From an uncultured Chloroflexia bacterium (GTDB taxonomy: Bacteria > Chloroflexota > Limnocylindria > Limnocylindrales > CSP1-4), in NCBI GenBank assembly GCA_963755285.1, contig CAVWJB010000005.1, positions 2,987-66,986 on the forward strand: DNA of 64,000 nucleotides, in the 5' to 3' direction. Every line of letters begins with the position of its first letter. Position 1 is the stretch's first letter. The position numbers were made by a program, and so were the translations under genes. The notes under the pieces are model-generated. The model made no database searches. It saw only the letters and a list, made by a program, of their open reading frames with translations, and had not been told where the DNA came from. Shown here in pieces: positions 10,125 to 18,562 of the stretch.

Positions 10125-10799
10125 TCAGACGTCGTCGGGCAAGGGTACGTCGAGGACCACCCGGCCGAACGGCTTCGCCCTGAACTCCGACCGCCAGACG
10201 CCAGCTCGGACGTAGACATCGTCCCGGACCAGGTCGATCGCCTCCGCCTCGCTCGCCGCACGCACGAACAGGAGCGATGCGCTGAAGTCGAGGAAGCCGC
10301 CGGCCTCGATCATCCGACCGGCTGCCACCAGCCGGGCGATCCGGGCCAGGTGCTCGGCCCGGTACAGCGGCCGCAGCGTCCTGGCGTCGGGCCCATAGGT
10401 CGCCTCGATGACGAAGACCTGCTCGACGGAGACGCCCGCCGGGACCGAGTCCTCGACCGTGCCCGGCGGTTCGAACGGCAGGAACGTCCCGTCGTCGGCT
10501 CGTGGGATCGGGACCGCCCGAAGGACGGCCGCCGGGGCGATCGGACCGTAGACGTGCGGATAGAACATCGGCGCGTCGTCGTAGCGCCACCGAGAGCCGG
10601 CCGCGTCGAGGTCGACGGTCAAGACGAGGTACGGCCGCGGGTCGTCGCGGTAGTGCCGATTGGCGGTCGCGACCATCGCGGAGGGGCCGTCGGTACAGTG
10701 GATGAAGCCCTCGGTGGCGAGGCTCGGCGGGGCGTATGGCGCCCCTGGGTCGCGGGCAGCCCATGTCTCGGCCGGCATGAGGTGGAACGTGGGGCGCAC
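10125..10799 (-). CDS. DUF952-YciI fusion protein
   Basis: SLATEGFIHC...YPHVYGPI (DUF952) followed by R..HL...AGG...DDVY (YciI). Confidence 0.75.
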   Translation of the reverse strand: MRPTFHLMPAETWAARDPGAPYAPPSLATEGFIHCTDGPSAMVATANRHYRDDPRPYLVLTVDLDAAGSRWRYDDAPMFYPHVYGPIAPAAVLRAVPIPRADDGTFLPFEPPGTVEDSVPAGVSVEQVFVIEATYGPDARTLRPLYRAEHLARIARLVAAGRMIEAGGFLDFSASLLFVRAASEAEAIDLVRDDVYVRAGVWRSEFRAKPFGRVVLDVPLPDDV

Positions 10800-10811
10800 G
10801 ACAGCCCCGCG

Positions 10812-12788
10812 CTAGGCCGGGTCGAGCCGGCCGACCGCCCGCCAGCGCCGGTCGAGCGCCACGTGGATGACCGTGGGAGCCTCGGCCGCAAGCGCCTCGC
10901 GCAGGGCGGGCTCGAAGCCGGCGTCGTCGTCGACCCGCACGCCGCGGGCGCCGAACGCCCGGGCGATCGCGGCGAAGTCGACCGGTCCGAGCTCGGTCGC
11001 CGCACCGACCCCGGTCCCGCGCGCCTCCTGCTCGACCCGGATCGTGCCGTAGCGGGCGTTGTCGAACACGATCGCGATCGGCCGGGCCCCCTCGCGGACG
11101 GCGGTCTCGAGCTCGCTCATCGTCATCGCGAAGCCGCCGTCACCGGCCAGCGTCACGACCGGTCGGCCCGGATGCTCGATCGATGCCGCGATCGCCGCCG
11201 GCAGGCCGTAGCCCATGGCTCCGGACGTCGGCCCGAGCAGGGTGCCCGGTCGCCGGAACCGGTAGCCGCGGGCTGCCCAGCCGGCGAAGTTGCCGGCGTC
11301 GGTCGTCACGATCGTCTGGGGCGGCAGGAGCTCGTTGAGCGTCGCGATCACCCGACCCGGATGGACGCCGGGACCGTCCCACGGGAGGTCGTCGACGGCG
11401 CTCGCCGCCTCGTAGGCCGCGCGATCCGACTCGTTGGCCGACCGCCGAGCCTCGAACGACGTCGCATCGAGGACGCCGGAGGTCACGCGCCGGCGGGCGA
11501 CCCGCAGGAACGTCCGGGCATCGGCGCTCACCGCGAGGTCGGGCGCGGTGAGACCCGCGTGCGCGGTACGCGGCTCGAGATCGACGTGGGCCCACCGAAC
11601 ACCCGGGGCCGGCACCTCGTAGCCAAACGACCCGAACTCGCCGAGCCGGCAACCCAGCACGACGAGGGCATCGGCCGTCGCCAGCCGCTCGCGCACCGTT
11701 GATGCCGCACCGAGGCCAGTCATCCCGAGATAGAGCCGATGATCGTTCGGGAAGACGTCGCCGCGACGCCACGACGCGATCACCGGGACCTCGAGGATCT
11801 CGACCAGCCGGATGAGATCGGCCGTGCCGCGTGAGCGGAGCACACCGGCGCCCGCCAGGATGACCGGGCGGTGGGCGCAGGTCAGGAGCTGGAGAACCGC
11901 TCGAACGTCGTCGGGCTCCGGCTCCACCCTGGTGGGGCGGAACGGCTGAGCTTCGCCCGACACCCCGGGGACGAGCTCGTCGAGGACGTCCTCCGGGATC
12001 GTGACGAGCACCGGGCCCGGACGCCCGGCGACGGCATGACGTACGGCCTCACCGATGAGCGCCTCAGCCCGGGCGGCGCTGTCGATCTCGACCGCCCACT
12101 TCGCCAGCCGGCCGACCGATCCGACGATGTCCGCCTCCTGGAACGCCTCACGCCCACGGACCGACCGCTGAACGCCGCCGACGACCGCGAACATCGGGCT
12201 GGAGTCGGCGCGGGCGGTGTGGATTCCGATCGCCAGGTTGGCCGCCCCGACGGCGCGGGTGGCGAGAGCGACGGCCGGTCGTCCGGTGAGCTGGCCATGC
12301 GCCTCGGCCATGAACGCGGCGCCGCCCTCGTGGCGGGTCGCGACGACCCGGATGCCGGCCTCCGGCAGGGCGTCGAGCAGGCCGAGGAAGCTCTCGCCGG
12401 GCACCGTGAACGCGATCGTCACGCCGGCGGCGTGGAACGCATCGGCGATGAGCCGTCCCACGGTCCGGGGCTCGACGGGGATCGGCGGCGCCGCCTCGAC
12501 CGGTGGCGCAGCGACCGACGACGCGGAACCGGCGTCGACGGACGTGTCGGGCGCGGCGACGGCCTCGTGCTCGCCGAGCGCGGCCTCCGGCTCGCCGAGC
12601 GCGGCCTCTGGCTCCTCCGAGGCAGCCTCAGGCTCGCCGAGCGCGGCCTCTGGCTCGGCGGCGGCAGCCTCAGGTTCCGCGACAACGGCCTCCGGCTCGG
12701 CGGCGGCAGCCTCCGGCTCGGCGTCGGGCACCAGCTCGACGGCAGGCGTCAGCTCGGCTTCGAGGGTCGGCTCGATCGTGTCGGTCAT
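10812..12788 (-). CDS. Thiamine-pyrophosphate enzyme (acetolactate-synthase-like) with acidic N-terminal repeat
   Basis: VPGESFL, RHEGGAAFMA, GAMGYGLPAAI, GDGGF...N TPP motif. Confidence 0.9.
   Translation of the reverse strand: MTDTIEPTLEAELTPAVELVPDAEPEAAAAEPEAVVAEPEAAAAEPEAALGEPEAASEEPEAALGEPEAALGEHEAVAAPDTSVDAGSASSVAAPPVEAAPPIPVEPRTVGRLIADAFHAAGVTIAFTVPGESFLGLLDALPEAGIRVVATRHEGGAAFMAEAHGQLTGRPAVALATRAVGAANLAIGIHTARADSSPMFAVVGGVQRSVRGREAFQEADIVGSVGRLAKWAVEIDSAARAEALIGEAVRHAVAGRPGPVLVTIPEDVLDELVPGVSGEAQPFRPTRVEPEPDDVRAVLQLLTCAHRPVILAGAGVLRSRGTADLIRLVEILEVPVIASWRRGDVFPNDHRLYLGMTGLGAASTVRERLATADALVVLGCRLGEFGSFGYEVPAPGVRWAHVDLEPRTAHAGLTAPDLAVSADARTFLRVARRRVTSGVLDATSFEARRSANESDRAAYEAASAVDDLPWDGPGVHPGRVIATLNELLPPQTIVTTDAGNFAGWAARGYRFRRPGTLLGPTSGAMGYGLPAAIAASIEHPGRPVVTLAGDGGFAMTMSELETAVREGARPIAIVFDNARYGTIRVEQEARGTGVGAATELGPVDFAAIARAFGARGVRVDDDAGFEPALREALAAEAPTVIHVALDRRWRAVGRLDPA
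12552..12719 (-). repeat. 8 x 21-bp tandem repeat (EPEAAAA-type heptad)
   Basis: GAGCC(G/A/T)GAGGC... recurring every 21 bp. Confidence 0.9.
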
Positions 12789-12831
12789 CGTCTCGGTCGG
12801 ATCCCCCTCCCCCGTCGACAGTCCAGGCACG

Positions 12832-13323
12832 CTAACGATAGTTCTCGAACTGGAGCGGGACGACCTCGTCGAGGCCGCGCAGGCGGGCGATGACCCGCTG
12901 CAAATCGTCCTTGCTCTTGCCCGATACGCGGACGGCGTCGCCCTGGATCTGCGACTTGACCTTCGGGAACTCGTCCCGGATGAGCCTGGTGATCTTCTTC
13001 GCGACGTCCTCGGGCAGGCCACGCCGGAGCTTGACCTCCTGGCGGACCTTGTTCCCGCCGGCCGGCTCGACCTTGCCCCAGTCGAAGATCTTGAGCGACA
13101 GGCTGCGCCGGATCGCCTTCGACTCGATCAGGTCCTTGACCACGCCGGCGTGGAACTCGTCGTCGGTCGTGACGATCAGCTCGCCCTTGCCCTGCTCGAT
13201 GTCGATGTGGGCGCTCTTGAGGTCGTAGCGCTGGGCGGCCTCGCGCCGGACCTGGTCGAGCGCATTGCGGAGCTCCTGCTCGTCGAAGTCGCTCACCACG
13301 TCGAACGAGACGTCGCCGGCCAT
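12832..13323 (-). CDS. yajQ: YajQ family nucleotide/c-di-GMP-binding protein
   Basis: SFDVVS, QIQGDAVRVSGKSKDDLQ, PLQFENYR. Confidence 0.95.
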   Translation of the reverse strand: MAGDVSFDVVSDFDEQELRNALDQVRREAAQRYDLKSAHIDIEQGKGELIVTTDDEFHAGVVKDLIESKAIRRSLSLKIFDWGKVEPAGGNKVRQEVKLRRGLPEDVAKKITRLIRDEFPKVKSQIQGDAVRVSGKSKDDLQRVIARLRGLDEVVPLQFENYR

Positions 13324-13391
13324 CGGCCCTCCTGCGCGCTGCGGTTCGGGGACGAACATGGTACCGCGCCGCCTCCGATACCATCGCAAGC

Positions 13392-15020
13392 ATGCGAGTG
13401 ACCTTTCTCGGCCAGGCCGGCCTCTATCTCGAGACGCGGGCCGGCAGCATCCTCTGCGATCCGTGGTTCAGCCCGGCCTACTTCGGGTCGTGGTTCCCGT
13501 TCCCGGCCAACGACGGGATCGACCCGCGGTCGATCGGCAGCCCCGACTACCTCTACGTCAGCCATCTCCACCACGATCACTTCGATCCGGCCTGGCTGAG
13601 CGCCAACTGTTCGCGGGACGCGACCGTCATCCTGCCCGACTACCCGGTCGACGACCTCCGCCACGAGCTCCACGAGCTCGGCTTCCGGCGGTTCGTCGAG
13701 ACGGCCGACTGCGAGCCGTTCGAGCTCGATGGCGGTCTCCGGATCATGGTCATGGCCCTCGACGCGCCGACCGATGGGCCGCTCGGCGACTCGGCCCTCC
13801 TGATCGACGACGGCGAGGTCCGGGTCCTGAACATGAACGACTCGCGACCGACCGACCCCGACAAGCTCCTCGCCTTCGGGCCGCTCGACCTCCTCTTCCT
13901 CCAGTTCTCCGGCGCAATCTGGTACCCGATGGTCTACGAGTTCCCGCCGAAGGCGAAGGTCACCCTCGGCCACAAGAAGCGGGTCGTCCAGCTGGCCCGG
14001 ACCCAGCGCTACATCGAGATCCTCGACCCGACGTTCGTGGTGCCGAGCGCCGGGCCGCCGTGCTTCCTCGACGACGACCTGTTCGAGCAGAACGACCTCC
14101 GCCGCGACCCCGCCAACATCTTTCCGGACCAGACGGTCTTCCTCGACCACCTCGCCGAGGTCGGGATCGGCGGCGGTCGGCTCATGCTGCCCGGATCACA
14201 CGGTGACCTGCGACCGGGCTCGTTCGATGTCGCGCACCCGCTGCCCGACGACGAGGTTCGCCTGATTTTCGAGGAGCGCGAGCGGTACCTCCGCGGGTAC
14301 CAGGCCCGGATGCGGCCGCTGCTCGACGCCGAGCACGAGCGCTGGCGCGGCGACCCGGACGCCGAGCCGCTCGACCTCCTGGCCGAGCTCAAGGCGTGGC
14401 TCGAGCCGCTGATGGGCTTCGGCGAGCTGATCTGCTCGGGGATCGGGGCGCCGGTCCTGCTCGACCTGACCGGCGACCGCCCGGAGCCCGAGGGGATCGT
14501 CCTCGACTTCGTCGACCAGAAGGTCCGTGGCTGGGACGGCGAGGAAGCCTGCCGCTACACCTTCCGGATCGATCGACCGCTGATCGAGGTGCTCGTTCGC
14601 GACCACGAGGTCGACTGGGTCAACTCCCTGTTCCTGTCCATGCGCTTCAGCGCCGCCCGGAAGGGGCCGTACAACGACTACATCTATACCTGGTTCAAGT
14701 GCCTCGACCTCGAGCGGCTCCAGTACGCGGAGGGGTTCTACGCCGAGAAGGCCAAGAGTGAGGGCTCGTTCGTCATCGACGGCTGGGAGGTCCAGCGCCG
14801 CTGCCCGCACATGAAGGCCGATCTCAACCGGTTCGCGTCGATCGAGGACGGCGTCCTGACCTGCTCGCTCCACGGCTGGCAGTACGAGCTCGAGTCCGGC
14901 CGCTGCCTGACGGCCGACGGGCACGAGATCAGCGCCCGGAGGCTGACCGAGGACGAGCTCGCGGCACTGGCCGCGGCGGCCGAGGCCGGTGGCGCCGTGC
15001 TGGCGGCCGCGGCCGACTAG
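13392..15020 (+). CDS. Metallo-beta-lactamase-fold protein with C-terminal Rieske 2Fe-2S domain
   Basis: CDPW, SHLHHDH MBL motif; CPH...CSLH Rieske ligands. Confidence 0.88.
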   Translation: MRVTFLGQAGLYLETRAGSILCDPWFSPAYFGSWFPFPANDGIDPRSIGSPDYLYVSHLHHDHFDPAWLSANCSRDATVILPDYPVDDLRHELHELGFRRFVETADCEPFELDGGLRIMVMALDAPTDGPLGDSALLIDDGEVRVLNMNDSRPTDPDKLLAFGPLDLLFLQFSGAIWYPMVYEFPPKAKVTLGHKKRVVQLARTQRYIEILDPTFVVPSAGPPCFLDDDLFEQNDLRRDPANIFPDQTVFLDHLAEVGIGGGRLMLPGSHGDLRPGSFDVAHPLPDDEVRLIFEERERYLRGYQARMRPLLDAEHERWRGDPDAEPLDLLAELKAWLEPLMGFGELICSGIGAPVLLDLTGDRPEPEGIVLDFVDQKVRGWDGEEACRYTFRIDRPLIEVLVRDHEVDWVNSLFLSMRFSAARKGPYNDYIYTWFKCLDLERLQYAEGFYAEKAKSEGSFVIDGWEVQRRCPHMKADLNRFASIEDGVLTCSLHGWQYELESGRCLTADGHEISARRLTEDELAALAAAAEAGGAVLAAAAD

Positions 15021-15064
15021 ACGCGGGACGGCGGCCGGTCGGTCGGACCGTACACCGGGCGGGT

Positions 15065-15454
15065 TCAGCCCTGGCGGATGCCGAGCGTGTTCCCGTCGGG
15101 ATCCTTGAACCAGGCGCCGCGCGCCGGCCCGAGCTGGGCGATGTGCCCGGTCGTCTTGAGCGGGCCGTCGTCGTAGTCGAGGAAGGTCACGCCGCGCGCC
15201 TCGAGGTCGGCGACGGCGACCTCGATGTCATTGACCTCGAAATGGGCCAGCGTGTGCTCCGTGACGATCCCAGGTCGCTTGAAGGTCGAGAGCTCGCTGC
15301 GATCCCCGCAGCGGAAGCGGACCGAGGCCGGGTTCTCCCAGAGGACGGTGAGCCCCAGCGTTCCGCCGTAGAACGCCTTCGCCCGTTCCAGGTCGCTGAC
15401 AGGCAGGGTCGTTACGACCATCGTCGCACCGAGCATCACGCGCGCCTCCGTCAT
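15065..15454 (-). CDS. VOC/glyoxalase family protein
   Basis: DLERAKAFYGGTLGL, AWFKDPDGNTL. Confidence 0.9.
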   Translation of the reverse strand: MTEARVMLGATMVVTTLPVSDLERAKAFYGGTLGLTVLWENPASVRFRCGDRSELSTFKRPGIVTEHTLAHFEVNDIEVAVADLEARGVTFLDYDDGPLKTTGHIAQLGPARGAWFKDPDGNTLGIRQG

Positions 15455-15541
15455 GTGCCGCTTCGCCAGCCCATGTCCCCTGCCGACAACTATCGGCCGC
15501 CGGCCGCAGCGGCGTCAATCAGCTCCGACGAGCAGGAAGGA

Positions 15542-16444
15542 TCAGGGGGTCAGCTCGACCGGAACGGGACGACCTTCCTTGACCTCGAGCAGCGCCCGAT
15601 CGCCGAGCGTGTCAGCCAGCTCGACGGTCGCGGTGCGCATGGCGCCAACGAGCGAACAGGTCTCGCCGAACGCATGAGGGTGCTCGGTCACGATGACGAC
15701 CGCGGCCGTCGCGGACTCGACCGCCTCGGCCGTGTAATCGGCTCCGCACGGCTTGTCGCCGCCATCCGGCGATCCGACAAACGAGACCGTCAGCTCCCGC
15801 CCGTCGCGCTTGCCTGTCGCTGATTCGATCGAGATGCCCACGGGCGGATCGTTGGGATCCCACGGCGGGGTCTCGACGGTCGTGCCGGTGGCGATCGCGA
15901 CTCGGGTGATCCGGACAGCGCTGCCCTGCACCGAGAACTCCCAGACGGGTGCCGTCGCCGGCCCGCGGGTCGTTTCGATCTGACCGGACCTCAGCGTCGC
16001 CCCGGTGATGCGCAAGGGCACACAGTCGGAGCAGCCGGTTCCCGCGTCCGACTTCAGCTGCGACAGGGCGGCCTTCGCCGAGAGGAGTCGCACGGGCTGG
16101 ATCGATCCATCCTGCCACCGCAGCTCGCCGTCGGGAGGATCGTTCGATGGCAGATCGACGGCCGCCTCGACCATGCCGGACATCAGCGCAGTCTTGTTGT
16201 TCTCGCCGACGCTCTCCTCCCAGTCCCCGACCTGGCCGGTCAGCTCCCCGGTCGGGACGAACGTCGCCGGGCTGCCCGAGCCGACGGCGCCGGCCCAACG
16301 CTCGAGGGCGCCCTTGGCCTGCTCCTGAAGCCTGGCACTGCCGGGGTCGGCCGACGGCGCCTGGCCGACGCCGACGCACCCCCACAGGAGTGCGACCAGC
16401 GTGATCGAAGAGGCGAGGTGTGCCCGTCCGAATCGACGAATCAC
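15542..16444 (-). CDS. Hypothetical lipoprotein
   Basis: GTG start, basic plus hydrophobic signal, LWGC lipobox, several Cys; start inferred. Confidence 0.6.
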   Translation of the reverse strand: MIRRFGRAHLASSITLVALLWGCVGVGQAPSADPGSARLQEQAKGALERWAGAVGSGSPATFVPTGELTGQVGDWEESVGENNKTALMSGMVEAAVDLPSNDPPDGELRWQDGSIQPVRLLSAKAALSQLKSDAGTGCSDCVPLRITGATLRSGQIETTRGPATAPVWEFSVQGSAVRITRVAIATGTTVETPPWDPNDPPVGISIESATGKRDGRELTVSFVGSPDGGDKPCGADYTAEAVESATAAVVIVTEHPHAFGETCSLVGAMRTATVELADTLGDRALLEVKEGRPVPVELTP

Positions 16445-16556
16445 GGCGGATTCTCCCAGACGGAGGCGTGCGTCCCGCTGACGCTCGAAGGCTGCTCCCG
16501 GTTCCACCCGGTCCATCGCTCGCGCAGCGTCACCCATCACGGGATCCTCTTGCTGG

Positions 16557-17222
16557 TCAGGTGGCCGCGGTTCCCGAAGTACCGGCCAGATAGCCCTCGA
16601 TCGTCTCGCTCAGGTCGTGCGCTCGAGGCGAGTCCGCGTTCAGGAGCGCCCCGGCCCGGATGAGCTCGAGGACGCGGCGGGGATCGTGCAACTCGTCGAT
16701 GAGATCCAATCCAGCAGACAGCACGACCGTTGTCAGGTTGCGCAGGTTCTCGTCCAGGTTCGATCCGTCATCTCGCATGTACCAGATCTCGGGGACATCG
16801 TGAGTCGCGTGGCTGACGAGCTTGCTCACGGCCTCGCGGTGAAGTCGGAATGAGGGCAGCATTCGCCGGTCGCGGGGCTCGCTGAACGGGCGGAACCATG
16901 GCTGCGCGATGGTCTTGCTCATCGGACGCCTGAACGGATCGCAATCCCAGTAGTGCGGGCGGAGGCGCCCGTCGCGAACCGGGATTCGCTCGGTACGGGG
17001 CAGGAAGCGGGGATAGACGGCCACGTACACGGACAAGGACAACGATGGGCAGCCGATCGCCTCGGCGGATTGGCCGACGGCTTGCAGCTCGACGACGTCG
17101 ATGTCATCGCTGACGTACCGCCACGCAACGCGGTCCGTCCGGACGCTGAACCCGTGCGCCTTGAGGGCCGGCCAAAGCGTCGTGCGGAGGCCGCGATTCA
17201 GGTCCTTCGTGTCGATAGCCAT
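16557..17222 (-). CDS. Hypothetical protein (DUF4304-like N-terminus)
   Basis: PALKAHGF...WR...DVVELQ pattern; fills the intergenic space. Confidence 0.55.
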   Translation of the reverse strand: MAIDTKDLNRGLRTTLWPALKAHGFSVRTDRVAWRYVSDDIDVVELQAVGQSAEAIGCPSLSLSVYVAVYPRFLPRTERIPVRDGRLRPHYWDCDPFRRPMSKTIAQPWFRPFSEPRDRRMLPSFRLHREAVSKLVSHATHDVPEIWYMRDDGSNLDENLRNLTTVVLSAGLDLIDELHDPRRVLELIRAGALLNADSPRAHDLSETIEGYLAGTSGTAAT

Positions 17223-17312
17223 GGGTCGGGACTCAGCCTCAGTGACTCATGCCGGACAATGGGCCAGGCCGGACCTGCCGGCAACACCGACGTGGAGGAT
17301 CGCGCGAGCTCG

Positions 17313-17984
17313 ATGGATCGAGACGATCCCGCCTACCCGGGCCAACGTGACTACACCAGGACCGTCCTCAGGCTGTACGACCCCTGGGTCCTCGGCTTCT
17401 CCGCCAGGTTCATCTGGCGCTGCCCGACGCCTCGACTGGTCGAGGGATACCGGGAGCACATCCACGATCGACACCTCGATGTGGGTCCGGGCACCGGCTA
17501 CTTCATCGAGCGAGCCGGGCTTCCCGAGCGCAGCCGGGTGACGATCCTCGACCCGAACCCGAACGTCCTCGCCCACGTCGCCCGACGCCTGCGGCACCTG
17601 GACGTCACGGCGGTCGAGGCGGATGTCCTCAAGCCGCTCCCGGTCGCCGGACCGTTCGATTCTGCGGCGCTCCACCTCGTGATCCACTGCCTGCCCGGAC
17701 CGCTCGCGCGCAAGGCCGCGGCCGTCGCCGATGTCGCCGCCGTCCTCGCGCCGACAGGCGTGCTCTTCGGCGCATCTGTTCTCGGAGACTCCGGACCCCA
17801 CACGTGGGCGGCGCGCCGGATGCTCGACGTGTTCAACGGGCAGGGTGGCTTCGACAACCGCGGCGACACGGAGTCGGGGCTCCGCGAGATCCTGGCGGCC
17901 TCCTTCGACCAGGTGGAGCTCGAGACCGTCGGCTCGATCGCGATCTTCGCGGCGACCGGTCCGCGGACCCACGGGTCTGCCTAG
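17313..17984 (+). CDS. Class I SAM-dependent methyltransferase
   Basis: HLDVGPGTGY motif I; upstream GGAGG. Confidence 0.88.
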   Translation: MDRDDPAYPGQRDYTRTVLRLYDPWVLGFSARFIWRCPTPRLVEGYREHIHDRHLDVGPGTGYFIERAGLPERSRVTILDPNPNVLAHVARRLRHLDVTAVEADVLKPLPVAGPFDSAALHLVIHCLPGPLARKAAAVADVAAVLAPTGVLFGASVLGDSGPHTWAARRMLDVFNGQGGFDNRGDTESGLREILAASFDQVELETVGSIAIFAATGPRTHGSA

Positions 17985-18412
17985 CCAGGTTCCCGGCGTG
18001 ACTCGGCGCGATCCGTCCGATACAGGGCGTCAATCGACGCGGTCGCGACGATCCCCTCGACGCTGCGCGCCAGTTCCGAGTCCAGGGTGACGAACGCATC
18101 TGCCTGGAGCTGAGTCAGGGCAACGTATTCGGCGTCGTACGTCGAGGCCCACCCCAACCGGTCCGCCAGGTCCCAGGCCCGACGCCGGAGCACGGCGTCG
18201 CCCAGGAGCCTGATCGGCATCCGCCCGATACGGGCGAGTCGGTCGCGCGCGACATCGGCTGGGATCTCGCCGCGCTGGACCGCCTCGTGCAGAGCCGACA
18301 GCGTCTGGGAACGCAGGAGTGTCGGTGCGAGCAGCTCGTGTGCCCCAGTGACCTCGACCCCTGCGCTCACCAGGTGCAGGACGGCGCTGGCGTCCACGAC
18401 GAACCTGGTCAT
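17981..18412 (-). CDS. PIN-domain (VapC-like) protein
   Basis: VVDASA, YDAEYVAL, FVTLD; GGAGG SD. Confidence 0.85.
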   Translation of the reverse strand: MTRFVVDASAVLHLVSAGVEVTGAHELLAPTLLRSQTLSALHEAVQRGEIPADVARDRLARIGRMPIRLLGDAVLRRRAWDLADRLGWASTYDAEYVALTQLQADAFVTLDSELARSVEGIVATASIDALYRTDRAESRREPG

Positions 18413-18562
18413 CGGGTACCTCCGATCGGACGTTGTCGCGTTTCTGCGCGGCCCGATTCGCCGCGGGCAAGTTGCTGTTCGCGCCTGGAAGTCGATCCGA
18501 CTCACGACTCGATGGAGGGTCGGGTGATTGACCTCGGCGAATCCGAGGATAGCGCCGCCCAG

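Noticed and set aside
12552-12719. CRISPR-like repeat
   Set aside because: Tandem in-frame 21-bp units with no spacers and no cas genes
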